From a virus, in IMG/VR virus record IMGVR_UViG_3300050821_002957, positions 143,192 to 207,191 of that record: DNA of 64,000 nt; one strand, given 5' to 3'. Below the pieces are notes generated by a model that was not told where the DNA came from, searched no databases, and saw nothing but the letters and a program-made list of their open reading frames with translations. Shown here piece after piece: positions 27,061-36,913 of the stretch; position 1 is the stretch's first letter, and each line of letters opens with the position of its first letter. Position numbers and translations under genes: made by a program.

Positions 27061-28227
27061 ATGAAACTCATCTCAAAACTCACAGCAATTCTCGCCCTGT
27101 TTACAGCAGCGGCATTCGCACAACAGACGTATCCATTCACTCTCTCTCCAAATGGTGGTGTTTCGGCTACTCTGAACAAGTACACATCTCCTAGCATCGT
27201 TCAAATTCCGACGCCCGTAGTCGTATCTCTGGCAAGTGGTGTTGTCGGCAATCACGTCGTCAGTGTCAACATGCCGCCGACTGTCGATGTCAACGGAAAC
27301 ATCAATACAGCGATGTTCAGCTTTACAATTACCAACGCTGATGGTTCCTATAACGGATCACAAGGTTTGGTTCTTGGATCAGGTGGCCCTACATCAGTCT
27401 ATTTGAATGTCAACGTTGCTCTTCTACCGGCTACCTCGGGTCAACCTCTTGGTATTCCAATGTACGTCACGGATGCTTCGTCGGGATTGACATCAGCAAT
27501 CTTTTTCTACATCACCAATGTGGATGGTCGCACTTACGTCTACCCAGCGTCGAATGTTCGGGCACTCCCACACGTTGCAAGTGGTGTAGGTTGGCAGACA
27601 ATCGTAGAGTTCACAAATCAGAATTCTTCAAACACTCAGGTTCGTGTTGACTTCTCTGATCAATCTGGAAATCCTTTGGCGCTGCACTTAGCTGACGGTC
27701 GCCAAGCATCTTCCATTTACGAAGACATCAATGCTCATGGAAATGCAAGTATCACTATCGCCGATTCAGCCGCAACCTCGACGATCATTGCAACCGCTTT
27801 GGTCACTCCAACGATTGGTTTTCCAGTTGGCGTTACTGAAATTTTCAATACGACAAACGTTCCGCATTCGGCTGGTGTTGCGGCACAGCTTATCAATACC
27901 GATAGTTTGACATTCTTTTATGACACAACCAACGGCAATGCAATTGGTCTGGCTCTTCTCAATTCGTTGAACTATGCCGAACCGTTGACATTGACCTACT
28001 ACGATCAGTTCGGAAATCAACTGGCACAGACTACAGAGACATTGTGCGCCGGATGCCAGATCGCTCGTACACTCACCGCAGCAGTCGTTCCTGCTATTCA
28101 AGGTAAGACTGGCACGATCACAGCATCCTTCCCGGCTGGTTTTTCGGCAATGACTGGAATTGCTTTCCGTTTTGATTCTAATTTCTTCTTCATTCCGATT
28201 CTTCCTATCACCAACACAATTCAGTAA
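27061..28227 (+). CDS. secreted T/S/N-rich protein (signal peptide)
   Basis: MKLISKLTAILALFTAAAFAQQ signal sequence; low-complexity body. Confidence 0.65.
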   Translation: MKLISKLTAILALFTAAAFAQQTYPFTLSPNGGVSATLNKYTSPSIVQIPTPVVVSLASGVVGNHVVSVNMPPTVDVNGNINTAMFSFTITNADGSYNGSQGLVLGSGGPTSVYLNVNVALLPATSGQPLGIPMYVTDASSGLTSAIFFYITNVDGRTYVYPASNVRALPHVASGVGWQTIVEFTNQNSSNTQVRVDFSDQSGNPLALHLADGRQASSIYEDINAHGNASITIADSAATSTIIATALVTPTIGFPVGVTEIFNTTNVPHSAGVAAQLINTDSLTFFYDTTNGNAIGLALLNSLNYAEPLTLTYYDQFGNQLAQTTETLCAGCQIARTLTAAVVPAIQGKTGTITASFPAGFSAMTGIAFRFDSNFFFIPILPITNTIQ

Positions 28228-28236
28228 AAAGGAAAT

Positions 28237-28258
28237 GGGACGTTCTTCGGAGCGTCCC
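28237..28258 (+). terminator. UUCG-tetraloop hairpin (GGGACGTTC-TTCG-GAGCGTCCC)
   Basis: 9-bp stem with a C(UUCG)G loop of the type abundant in T4 transcripts. Confidence 0.4.
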
Positions 28259-28266
28259 AAACTTTC

Positions 28267-28650
28267 ATGGGATATTACACAAAATTTTGGTTGACTATCG
28301 AACAAGGTCTCATTGATGATTTCGGGAAGGTTTATGATCTTCTCAGTAAAATTGTGACGGATGGACAAGGTTCTCCGTTTTATTACGAAGCCGACAGCGA
28401 TCAACTCAGTAGTGATGACACCATGACTTGGTACGATCATGATGAAGACTGTGCCGAAATGTCAAAGTCATTTCCTGATGTCACATTTTGCCTGGAAGGT
28501 CAAGGTGAAGAAGCCAGTGATACTTGGAAAAGTTATTATCGAAATGGTTTAATGCAAATCAGTCGGGCGATCATTACGTATCCACCATTTGATCCAACAA
28601 AGCTGAAGTCAGTATTTGAGGCTCAATCAAATGACAACGGACGACCTTAA
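28267..28650 (+). CDS. hypothetical protein
   Basis: 127-aa ORF. Confidence 0.5.
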   Translation: MGYYTKFWLTIEQGLIDDFGKVYDLLSKIVTDGQGSPFYYEADSDQLSSDDTMTWYDHDEDCAEMSKSFPDVTFCLEGQGEEASDTWKSYYRNGLMQISRAIITYPPFDPTKLKSVFEAQSNDNGRP

Positions 28651-28680
28651 AGCAAAATCATTAAAAACGGGAATTAAACA

Positions 28681-29076
28681 ATGCCTATCACCGATCTTTG
28701 GCTCGACGATGATCCAAGAAGAAAACTTCCCATCTGTGGAATTAGCTGGACATGGGTGCGTACCGCCGATGAAGCCATACTAGCTCTCCAGACTGGCACT
28801 GTAGAATTTGCCTCGCTCGATCATGATCTGGCTGACGAACATTACGTCAAGTTTTTTGAAGCTGAAGAAAATGGCACAGAACTAGACACATCCGACTGCA
28901 AAGAACGAACCGGATATGACGTTCTCCTGTGGATGCGAGAGAACAATGTCTGGCCCTCTGAAGGTGTCCGAATCCACACAATGAATACCGTCAGAAAACC
29001 CATTATGTTGGCAATGGTCTACGAGCATTATGGGCGCACTTTTCAATATCAATACGCCGGGACGCACAATGTCTAA
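28681..29076 (+). CDS. receiver (REC)-like domain protein (cyclic-phosphate-processing receiver type)
   Basis: LWLDDDP...SLDHDL...IHTMN pattern resembling CheY-like fold variants found in phages. Confidence 0.35.
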   Translation: MPITDLWLDDDPRRKLPICGISWTWVRTADEAILALQTGTVEFASLDHDLADEHYVKFFEAEENGTELDTSDCKERTGYDVLLWMRENNVWPSEGVRIHTMNTVRKPIMLAMVYEHYGRTFQYQYAGTHNV

Positions 29077-29108
29077 CAACTTGACAAATAAGGGAAATTT
29101 TTGATAGA

Positions 29109-29696
29109 ATGGGTTCTGAAAAAATGGTAAGAAAAATCGGTCTCGCCGGAAAAAGCGGAAGCGGAAAAGATGTGGTGGCCGACTATTTAGGAGACCGCTA
29201 CAGCTACAAGAAAATTGCTGTTGCCGATGCGATCCGTAATGAAGTAGCTGACTTTTTTGATCATGCATTAGGATCGTGGTTTACCCACATTCCCGGATTC
29301 GTCACTGTCATCAAAGCATTCAAAGGCATGGTCTGGGAAAAACCTACACACTCAGCCATGCGTGTTCTGTTACAGTGGTGGGGTACAGAATATCGTCGTT
29401 CACAAGATCCTGATTACTGGACCAAAAAACTAGCTGCTCGTCTTGACAATAATGAATGGATAGTTGTATCTGATGTTCGTACACCCGAAGAAATGCGTGT
29501 AATTCGTGAAGCTGGTGGCGAAGTTTGGTTTGTATCTCGTCCTGGTGTTGCGCCGGTCGGAATTCCGAATCATTACACCGAAGTCGCCTTAGAGGGTGCA
29601 ACGTTCGATCAAACAATTTTGAATGACGGAACCTTAGAAGATTTGTTCCAACTTGTTGATTGGAAAGCAGATAGTTTCTGTAATTGCAAGTCCTAG
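29109..29696 (+). CDS. deoxynucleoside monophosphate kinase (T4 gene 1-like)
   Basis: P-loop GLAGKSGSGKD. C-terminal VVSDVRTPEEMRVIREAGGEVWFVSRPG...HYTE...ILNDGTLEDLF mirrors the T4 dNMP kinase segment DTRQDHE...VIHVVRPG...THITE...ITNDGSLEELF. Confidence 0.75.
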   Translation: MGSEKMVRKIGLAGKSGSGKDVVADYLGDRYSYKKIAVADAIRNEVADFFDHALGSWFTHIPGFVTVIKAFKGMVWEKPTHSAMRVLLQWWGTEYRRSQDPDYWTKKLAARLDNNEWIVVSDVRTPEEMRVIREAGGEVWFVSRPGVAPVGIPNHYTEVALEGATFDQTILNDGTLEDLFQLVDWKADSFCNCKS

Positions 29697-29766
29697 TACT
29701 TTAGTCCAATTGATGTATCTCTTGGGGTATGCTAGAGTGGTTTCCAGTGTGGAGACACTCTTTTCA

Positions 29767-30441
29767 ATGAAGACTATCAAACTGTTTTTCGCAACTATTT
29801 TTCTTGCCTTGGCTTCTAATGCCGTTGCAAGCTCTGTAACCATCGACTTCACTGCGCTACCCGGTCAGACCGCTGGTGGTGAGTACGTCGGCTTCTCACA
29901 GGCGACGATCATCACGCCGACTCAGACCTTCACCAATTTCGATCTGATCTGTGACGATTTCGAGCATACGACCAACATGCCAAGCGGCCCGTTCACTTAC
30001 GATGTATCGACGCTGCCTACGTTGTCGAACGTTCGTTGGACGCAATCACCGGAACTAATGGACTATGAATTGGCGGCAATCATCGTCTACACTTTCAACG
30101 GACTTGGTTCTGGTCAGAGTGCAGCCGCAGGAGCTTATAACTTTGCTTTGTGGGACCTGTTCGATCCGTCTGCTCCGACCTTTACGGGATCGGCGGCAGT
30201 ATTGAGTGCAGCGCAGACTCAGTACAATCTGGGCGCAAGCAATGCCGCAAACATTCATGCGTACAATCAGATTCAAATCTTCACTCCGGTGGGCGATTCT
30301 GCCAGCAACCAGGAGTTCTTGGGACTCTCTGGTACGCCGATTGGTGGGCCGCAGACACCTGAGCCTACCTCGATGCTTTTGTTGGGGTCTGGTCTGGTGT
30401 TCTTCGGCGTGATCGGTCGCAAGCGTCTCGCCAAACAGTAA
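29767..30441 (+). CDS. secreted protein with C-terminal PEP-CTERM sorting signal
   Basis: Signal peptide MKTIKLFFATIFLALASNAVA. C-terminus PEPTSMLLLGSGLVFFGVIGRKRLAKQ (PEP motif, TM helix, basic tail). Confidence 0.6.
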   Translation: MKTIKLFFATIFLALASNAVASSVTIDFTALPGQTAGGEYVGFSQATIITPTQTFTNFDLICDDFEHTTNMPSGPFTYDVSTLPTLSNVRWTQSPELMDYELAAIIVYTFNGLGSGQSAAAGAYNFALWDLFDPSAPTFTGSAAVLSAAQTQYNLGASNAANIHAYNQIQIFTPVGDSASNQEFLGLSGTPIGGPQTPEPTSMLLLGSGLVFFGVIGRKRLAKQ

Positions 30442-30454
30442 TTGGTGTGATATA

Positions 30455-31051
30455 ATGGCGAATGTGATGACCAAAGAAGAGCTTGACCGACGCATTAAAG
30501 AGCGAGCGCCTCATAGTGAAGCAGTCCGTGAAGGCATGGAGCTTGTCGAGCGAGCACGCACATTCGCCATTAAAAATCACGGTGACCAAAAGTATGACAC
30601 CGAACCCTATTCAGTGCATCTTGACGCCGTAGAGAACGTTCTAATCGAATTTGACCACATTTCCTCAGTCTTACGTGCGGCAGCGTGGCTTCATGATCTT
30701 GTCGAAGACACGAATGTTTCCCAGGCCGAAATCGACATCGAATTTCCTGGCTATGTTGCATTGATCGTTGGTGCTGTTACTTCAGAACCAGGGAAAAATC
30801 GTCGTGAACGAAACATTAAGACGTATCCAAAGATCGCACAGTACCCCGAAGCAATCATTCTCAAATTGGCCGACCGCATTGCAAACGTCCGCAACTGCAT
30901 CGCCACTCAAAGCGATTTGTTGAACATGTACCGCAAAGAGTATCCTGCCTTTCGTCTTGCGTTGAAAAGCGATAATCCCGACGTAAAACGGATGTGGTGG
31001 TATCTTGATTTCCTAATGAGTTACAATGACGACAGCAAACAAAGCCAATAG
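30455..31051 (+). CDS. HD-domain (p)ppGpp hydrolase of the SpoT/Mesh1 small-alarmone-hydrolase type
   Basis: NHGDQKYDTEPYSVHLDAV, WLHDLVEDT, ADRIANVRN. Confidence 0.7.
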   Translation: MANVMTKEELDRRIKERAPHSEAVREGMELVERARTFAIKNHGDQKYDTEPYSVHLDAVENVLIEFDHISSVLRAAAWLHDLVEDTNVSQAEIDIEFPGYVALIVGAVTSEPGKNRRERNIKTYPKIAQYPEAIILKLADRIANVRNCIATQSDLLNMYRKEYPAFRLALKSDNPDVKRMWWYLDFLMSYNDDSKQSQ

Positions 31052-31328
31052 AATAATCTTTCTTGCACGTACCAGCGAAACACGAACACGTCAAGCCATG
31101 ATCGATGCCAAGATCACATTGGCAGGCGTGGAGGCAATGTATGATGCTTGGGTTCGTGAGTATAACAGTGATCCTGACAACTTCGAGCCGGGACCGGGAT
31201 TTCATCGACCCAATCCGTACAATGTCGAAAATGCACAAGAACAAGTAAAGCGAGCAGAAGAAGCCTATAACGAAGCACGAGAGACACTGGAATTTGCAAC
31301 TGATGAATTTGTTCGCCGCCTTGTCTGA
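31026..31328 (+). CDS. hypothetical protein
   Basis: 100-aa ORF. Confidence 0.4.
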   Translation: MTTANKANRIIFLARTSETRTRQAMIDAKITLAGVEAMYDAWVREYNSDPDNFEPGPGFHRPNPYNVENAQEQVKRAEEAYNEARETLEFATDEFVRRLV

Positions 31329-31749
31329 CGAAGAAGAGCCTCCGGTTACACGTCTAGTCAACATCCGAAAGAAAAAAGATAGCATTTGGTACACCTGTGA
31401 TGTTAGAATAGATCGAGGTAGCTATTGGGGAAATCCTTTCAGTCATCTTCGAGCGAGTGCCGCTAAGTATCTTGTGGCGACCAGGAAAGAAGCCATCGAG
31501 AGTTATCGAGACTATGTTTTATCTCGCCCGGACATGATGGCTAGATTGGGTGAACTTAAAGGAAAGACGTTAGGGTGTTGGTGTGTATCAAAACCTTGGA
31601 CCTTTGGTGATTCGCCGCCAGAGGACTATGTGTGTCATGGACAAATTCTGATACAATTGATGCATGGATCGGCGCACACTAGCAGCGATTGGAATGAAAC
31701 TGGAAGAAGGAAGACTGAAGATGGCGGCAGCGAAGAAAAAGAAGTCTGA
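31303..31749 (+). CDS. DUF4326-family protein
   Basis: WGNPF...GKTLGCWC...CHG signature; first ATG of a TTG-initiated frame. Confidence 0.55.
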   Translation: MNLFAALSDEEEPPVTRLVNIRKKKDSIWYTCDVRIDRGSYWGNPFSHLRASAAKYLVATRKEAIESYRDYVLSRPDMMARLGELKGKTLGCWCVSKPWTFGDSPPEDYVCHGQILIQLMHGSAHTSSDWNETGRRKTEDGGSEEKEV

Positions 31750-32101
31750 AGTCAAAACGGAGTCATACAACGAATTCCGAGAGCGAGTTCTGACTGTCTG
31801 TGCTCGTGAAGCGCCGGATCAAGCGATCACTGAGGTCAGCACAAATACTGTAAGAAAAACGGTTCTGTACTATACGAACCCGGCCAAAAACAGTGACAAG
31901 GTTTACATCGCCGAAATCCTTAAGAGTAAAACATCGACTTTGTACGACGTTGTTTTTCAGTACGGAAGACGGGGCGGAACTTTGAAAGATGGCTTCAAAA
32001 AACGGAGTGTCGTGTGGTCCGAAGCGTTTCATGCCTACAACAAAGTGCTCGACGAGAAATTGAAAGAAGGATATACCCAAGACATTAAGGGTGGTTTATG
32101 A
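31721..32101 (+). CDS. hypothetical protein
   Basis: ATG preceded by a GGAAGAAGGAAG RBS; 126 aa. Confidence 0.5.
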   Translation: MAAAKKKKSEVKTESYNEFRERVLTVCAREAPDQAITEVSTNTVRKTVLYYTNPAKNSDKVYIAEILKSKTSTLYDVVFQYGRRGGTLKDGFKKRSVVWSEAFHAYNKVLDEKLKEGYTQDIKGGL

Positions 32102-32346
32102 AAAAATGCGTTAATTGCGGTCAAAACGACGCTAAGGCCGACTCTGTAATTTGTCAAGCGTGTGAGAACAGCGCTGCTGGATTACCTAAAGAATTTGCCG
32201 ATCAAGTCAAAGAATATGGCCGGATGATGAAAGAGTCGATGGACAAATGCGAAGCTGCTTGTGGCGTCGGATCTGGTTGTGTTAAAATTGGCAACTGTAT
32301 GGCTCATGCTCCAGGTTGTAAAAATGGTATTGGAAGTCATTTCTAA
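32098..32346 (+). CDS. small Cys-rich protein
   Basis: CVNCG...CQACE...C...C pairs. Confidence 0.45.
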   Translation: MKKCVNCGQNDAKADSVICQACENSAAGLPKEFADQVKEYGRMMKESMDKCEAACGVGSGCVKIGNCMAHAPGCKNGIGSHF

Positions 32347-32347
32347 A

Positions 32348-32506
32348 ATGAGCTACGACACGAAATGGCTGCTTTGTTTCTTGGTTGTGTTGGCCTCTGC
32401 AATCGTAATTGATTGTACTCCTAACCTTTTGATTCAGAGTGTGTCGGGATGTGCCGGTATTGTCGCAACCGGATTTGTGCTGTATAATTATTATAAGTCA
32501 TTATGA
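32348..32506 (+). CDS. small membrane protein (52 aa)
   Basis: Hydrophobic ORF. Confidence 0.3.
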   Translation: MSYDTKWLLCFLVVLASAIVIDCTPNLLIQSVSGCAGIVATGFVLYNYYKSL

Positions 32507-33039
32507 GCCTGTTTCTCAGAGCATTGGTGCGTAGCGAAGGCAAGAGTTGCGAAGGCAAACTCAAGTATCCTCGTGAGGACTCTGCTGTCCGTAATGCTCT
32601 CGCAATGACCGAAAAGAAAAAGAAGCTCCACGCTGCCGAGGGCCGGGAGTCAACCGAATTTTTTGAGACGTACAAATGCAACTTTTGTGACGGCTGGCAT
32701 ATCGGTCACCAAACCAACTTCGATTGGATTCCACAGTCACACCGGGCGCAGCATTTGATGATGAATAAGTACGAGTGCTTCAGCAAAATCGATGAAGTCG
32801 TGTGTGGCAAAATTTGGATCAGCAACACAGTTTTCTCGAATCGAATTCTGGAGCATTTTCCGAACGTCAAAGATGAAATGGAGCGTCTTGTTATTTGTCC
32901 GAAATGCAAAGGAACACTGTACAAGAATCATGGCCGTCTTTGGGTGAATCTGGAGACGATCAACCCAGAATCCACTGAAACCATCGAAGCACTTTGGGCC
33001 AAACAAGATGTATCTGTTGACAATCTCGCCGAATCGTGA
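32503..33039 (+). CDS. hypothetical protein with Cys pairs
   Basis: 178-aa ORF. Confidence 0.55.
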   Translation: MSLFLRALVRSEGKSCEGKLKYPREDSAVRNALAMTEKKKKLHAAEGRESTEFFETYKCNFCDGWHIGHQTNFDWIPQSHRAQHLMMNKYECFSKIDEVVCGKIWISNTVFSNRILEHFPNVKDEMERLVICPKCKGTLYKNHGRLWVNLETINPESTETIEALWAKQDVSVDNLAES

Positions 33040-33045
33040 TAGAGT

Positions 33046-33261
33046 TTGTTCATGACGTACCGTATTCGTTTTCGCAACATAGGTTCCTTGCACGAATCGG
33101 AACCAAAGACTTTCAATGAGGCATGGGTTATCGCCATCAATCTCTCCCATTGGAATCAGCGTGTCGATATTATTGACGCTGAGACCGGCGAAGTACTCAA
33201 ATCCTCAGAACCGTACTCCGAGAATGGGGCACGGCAACTTGAAGCGATGCTGGCGCAGTAA
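33046..33261 (+). CDS. hypothetical small protein
   Basis: 71-aa ORF. Confidence 0.45.
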   Translation: MFMTYRIRFRNIGSLHESEPKTFNEAWVIAINLSHWNQRVDIIDAETGEVLKSSEPYSENGARQLEAMLAQ

Positions 33262-33395
33262 AGGCCAATCCTGGTGATTCGTGGAGCCTCTGCTGTTCGA
33301 GGCTCTCCCCACCGGGGTCTTATAAATAAAAACGTGGCAACCCCACATAGGAGGTCATCAATGTCAAGATTTATAGCTTAGGAGGCTTTAAATAC

Positions 33396-34304
33396 ATGCG
33401 TGATGACATCGTAAAACTCATTTACGAAAAAGAGCGGGGAGGATCTCGTTCAAAGTCCCTCAAGACTGGAAAGAAACTCGATCCTCGCATTGACTATGAC
33501 GACGATTTTGATTGGGGTCCGAAACGGATTTCCATAGCTCGTCGTAAAGAATATGGTTGGGACTGCAAGAGTCTCAATTACAATTTGCGTCCTCTCTATC
33601 GGTTCCTGGATCAGTCTGTGGGCCGACCTTGGAATGACGTACACAGCGAGATCCACAGTCAGATTGATCCTCGCACAGCCAACGGCCACACCATTTACAA
33701 ATGCATGGATCACCACGTTGACTCGCATGGCAATGGTGTAGTAAGCTGGCGGCGTTACGGCGGTGGTTTGTACGTCGATGATGACGGTATCCTTTGCAAG
33801 ACCGAATACCATCCTCGTCAACGTCCTGAAGTGCCTGTGACTTCGCTGCACTGGTACGATAATATCTGGTTTCAGCTTCACACTTTTAAGACCAAGGCAA
33901 AGTGTGGATGCGTTCACTTCAAGGAGCCGGTTCATCCTGAGGATGCTGATAAACCTCGTTGGTATCGTCCGTATCGAAACGAGCCTGCCGTCTGCATCCA
34001 CGGTAACGAACCTCTCACTCGTGAAATTTGGTACGTTGTCGAATACGTCTACCACAAGCCGGATGAAATCTACATGGTTCACAAGCTCGAAGACTATCGT
34101 CAACCTGGAGGCGGTCTTCGGCGTGGCTATGAGAAGTGGGGCCTGAGCGAAAGCTACCCGGTTCACTATGTCTACTATCGTGACGTTCCTGAGAAAATGA
34201 AGGACCCAATTGAAAAGTTGACCAAGCGCCGCACTGCAAACCGCAAACACTTGAAGCTCATTCGTAAAGCATTGGAAAAGGCCGCTGGACAAAAAGCGGC
34301 CTGA
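33396..34304 (+). CDS. hypothetical W/Y/H-rich protein
   Basis: Strong AGGAGG RBS; 302 aa. Confidence 0.65.
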   Translation: MRDDIVKLIYEKERGGSRSKSLKTGKKLDPRIDYDDDFDWGPKRISIARRKEYGWDCKSLNYNLRPLYRFLDQSVGRPWNDVHSEIHSQIDPRTANGHTIYKCMDHHVDSHGNGVVSWRRYGGGLYVDDDGILCKTEYHPRQRPEVPVTSLHWYDNIWFQLHTFKTKAKCGCVHFKEPVHPEDADKPRWYRPYRNEPAVCIHGNEPLTREIWYVVEYVYHKPDEIYMVHKLEDYRQPGGGLRRGYEKWGLSESYPVHYVYYRDVPEKMKDPIEKLTKRRTANRKHLKLIRKALEKAAGQKAA

Positions 34305-34319
34305 TGCTACAATGAGTGC

Positions 34320-34526
34320 ATGAGATTTCTGTGTACGTTCCTTTTCTTTTTTGCAATTCTCTTGGGTGCCGAGACTCTTGCTAACAGTCACCATTTTATG
34401 GTGACCGGCACAGTACGAAATTACACAATCACAGAATTTCAACCTTCAAAGAACACACATTGTTACGTACTTGAACCTCATTACGATAGCAACTCACCAT
34501 CGATCAGTTGCGTCGTCGAGCCATAA
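34320..34526 (+). CDS. small secreted protein
   Basis: Signal-peptide-like N-terminus. Confidence 0.4.
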   Translation: MRFLCTFLFFFAILLGAETLANSHHFMVTGTVRNYTITEFQPSKNTHCYVLEPHYDSNSPSISCVVEP

Positions 34527-35089
34527 TGAAACCTCAAACACAAGAGCAATTCCATTTTTTCTATGGAGGTCCGTTCTCACAATGGGCCTTCTCGCCGTTC
34601 ACTGTCAATGGCATTTACTACAAGACCGCCGAGCATTACATGATGTGGTACAAAGACCAACTTTTCGGTGGTACACTCTCCGATGAAATTCTTGCTGTCG
34701 ATCATCCTCGTGATGCAAAGTTATTGGGCCGGAAAGTTCCAAATTTTAACATCAATGTTTGGAATGCTGTCGCCAAGCCGGGTGTCTATCGTGGCAACAT
34801 GGCGAAGTTCACACAAAATCCTCTCATGCTTCAACAGTTAATGGAGACCTATGGTTACACGTTGGTTGAAGCCTCGCCGACCGATATTGTCTGGGGAATC
34901 GGTTTGGGGGAGCATGATCCGCTGCGTCTTGACCGTTCAAATTGGCGTGGAACGAATTGGTTGGGTGATGTACTTATGGATGTTCGAGACACGTTGACGC
35001 TTGCCTATCGTTGGCATGATGATCCTTCTGAGATCGGCAATCCAACAATCATCGAAGGTGAGAATTTGATTGGATCGGTCGAGCTATGA
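34526..35089 (+). CDS. NADAR-domain protein (YbiA / DUF1768 N-glycosidase family)
   Basis: FFYGGPFSQWAFSPF, TAEHYMMWYK, GRKVPNFN, LVEASPTDIVWGIGL, WRGTNWLGDVLMDVR. Confidence 0.75.
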   Translation: MKPQTQEQFHFFYGGPFSQWAFSPFTVNGIYYKTAEHYMMWYKDQLFGGTLSDEILAVDHPRDAKLLGRKVPNFNINVWNAVAKPGVYRGNMAKFTQNPLMLQQLMETYGYTLVEASPTDIVWGIGLGEHDPLRLDRSNWRGTNWLGDVLMDVRDTLTLAYRWHDDPSEIGNPTIIEGENLIGSVEL

Positions 35090-35445
35090 CCGCAAAAATG
35101 ATATTGGAATTAGAAGACGTTTTGGACAGAAAAGAGTCTCAAGAACTGACTCGTACTTTATTGTGTCGTTTGCTGGCAAAGTACCGAGCGGCAAATTTCT
35201 TCATAAAGTATCACATCTCGTTGAATCGTACATATCCACAAATTATTTTGCAATATCCAGACAGCCGAAAAGAACGCTGGCTGTACAAAGAAAAAGGACT
35301 TGAACTGATTCCTTTTGGATTGCCAATCGTCTATAAGGTTCCTACCACAGTACGAAAGTGTGGGCAAATACATAGTTGTCGTAATGGATGTTCCCAATGC
35401 TGGGAGATCACCAAAATTGAAAAGGGGTATACCGAGGTAAGATGA
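35086..35445 (+). CDS. hypothetical protein
   Basis: 119-aa ORF. Confidence 0.45.
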   Translation: MTAKMILELEDVLDRKESQELTRTLLCRLLAKYRAANFFIKYHISLNRTYPQIILQYPDSRKERWLYKEKGLELIPFGLPIVYKVPTTVRKCGQIHSCRNGCSQCWEITKIEKGYTEVR

Positions 35446-36029
35446 TTTACTCAGGAACCGGCCATCGACTGGAAGTGTTGCGTGGGGCCGACGAAACTAT
35501 CGATCTAGAAGTTATCCACCACAAAGCTGTCAGGTATGCGAAAAGCATTCTTCCATCTTACGCCGACATCACTCAAGGTATTTCAGGAATGGCAATTGGA
35601 TGGGACACTGCCTTTGCTCTAGCTCTGCTCGATCACGGTGTCCCAGTGATCGCTGCCATTCCGTTTATTGGTCAAGAAAGCATTTGGCCGGAACATGCCA
35701 AAAAACGTTATCACGAAATTCTTGACAAGTGCGCCGAGGTCCATGTTGTCTGTGAAGGTGGTTACGCTCCGCACAAATATCATGAGCGGGACAAATGGAT
35801 GGTCGAGCGGGGTCAAAAAATGATGGCTCTATGGAACGGTCATCCAAAAGGTGGAACTGCTGCGACCGTGCGCTATGCAAAGAAGGCAGGCAAAGAAATT
35901 GTCAATGTCTGGCCGGGATGGGAAATTTTTGAAATTGGATGCCCATGCGGATGCGGAGCCGATAGCGAGTCACATTGTTGGAATGCTTCTACGTGGGATA
36001 ATGAAGGTGGTCAAACTCAAATTTTTTGA
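35442..36029 (+). CDS. SLOG-superfamily Rossmann protein (LOG/DprA/YpsA-like)
   Basis: GISGMAIGWDTAFALALLDHGVPVIAAIPF and a later GGTAATVRYA segment resemble the LOG-family PGGxGT region. Confidence 0.45.
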   Translation: MIYSGTGHRLEVLRGADETIDLEVIHHKAVRYAKSILPSYADITQGISGMAIGWDTAFALALLDHGVPVIAAIPFIGQESIWPEHAKKRYHEILDKCAEVHVVCEGGYAPHKYHERDKWMVERGQKMMALWNGHPKGGTAATVRYAKKAGKEIVNVWPGWEIFEIGCPCGCGADSESHCWNASTWDNEGGQTQIF

Positions 36030-36325
36030 TACGACGTATACCCATACCGTTTCCGAATTGCATTATGAGCCTTCTCTTGTAAAACTGAATCAACCGTTGG
36101 ACTAGACCATGTATAAAAAGTTGCTTGAGTTGTTCGATTGACATGATCCACTGTGATCACACCATGCTGAAGAGAACGGTGATCGTCAATGCCATGATCG
36201 TCGGCTAGAACTTTATGTGATTCTTTGTCGGTGCCGATTACGTAACGGTCAAAATCTAAAATGTATGGATAAACTTCCTTAACCAATTGAGAATGTTTTT
36301 TCATTGAATTCGTGGTATACTTCAT
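36017..36325 (-). CDS. hypothetical protein (lone minus-strand gene)
   Basis: Protein-like ORF; no alternative plus-strand ORF covers this stretch. Confidence 0.35.
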   Translation of the reverse strand: MKYTTNSMKKHSQLVKEVYPYILDFDRYVIGTDKESHKVLADDHGIDDHRSLQHGVITVDHVNRTTQATFYTWSSPTVDSVLQEKAHNAIRKRYGYTSYQKI

Positions 36326-36338
36326 CCCAGAAATATTT

Positions 36339-36695
36339 ATGCAGAGAATCACTCCAGACCCAACCGGAAAAGACGCTCCAACCCCAGAAACATTGGTGAA
36401 TATGCTATATGGCAGAGTCGAGGAACTTGAAGCCATTGTGAAACGCCTAGAGCCTCAACCGCATTGGTCGGGAGCATCTAAAAGTCTTGTGATGCGTCTG
36501 AGAGGCATCTACGCAATAGGCCCAAACGCAATGCAAATGGGACCCAACGACAAACCAGAATTTGGCTGGCGCACTTTCGACCAAATGCCTCCAATCCAAT
36601 TTGAAGCGGCAGCACGCATTCAAGAATTGGAAGACAGACTTCAAAAATGCCTTGAACGATTTTTCAAACAGGAATGTGATCTTCGAGGAATCTGA
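36339..36695 (+). CDS. hypothetical protein
   Basis: First ATG of a GTG-initiated frame. Confidence 0.45.
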   Translation: MQRITPDPTGKDAPTPETLVNMLYGRVEELEAIVKRLEPQPHWSGASKSLVMRLRGIYAIGPNAMQMGPNDKPEFGWRTFDQMPPIQFEAAARIQELEDRLQKCLERFFKQECDLRGI

Positions 36696-36913
36696 TGTCA
36701 CAAGGCGTTTTTAGTTCTTGTGGTTTTTGTGGACTCCATCTCCCTTTGACTTTTGATGAACAAAAAGATGCCGACCGAGCATGGAAATTCAGCGGAATGA
36801 ACATCCATGAATGGCATCGCCGCAAGTTTCCAAATTACCATCCCCGGTTGACATTCAAGGTTCCGCTTGATATCATTGAGAAATGTCAAAGCCAGACAAA
36901 AAAGATTCAGTGA
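36695..36913 (+). CDS. hypothetical small protein
   Basis: 72-aa ORF. Confidence 0.4.
   Translation: MSQGVFSSCGFCGLHLPLTFDEQKDADRAWKFSGMNIHEWHRRKFPNYHPRLTFKVPLDIIEKCQSQTKKIQ

Noticed and set aside
33450-34442. 330-aa minus-strand ORF opposite 33396..34304
   Set aside because: The plus-strand gene has a strong AGGAGG RBS and fits the uniformly plus-strand block; the minus ORF is its shadow.
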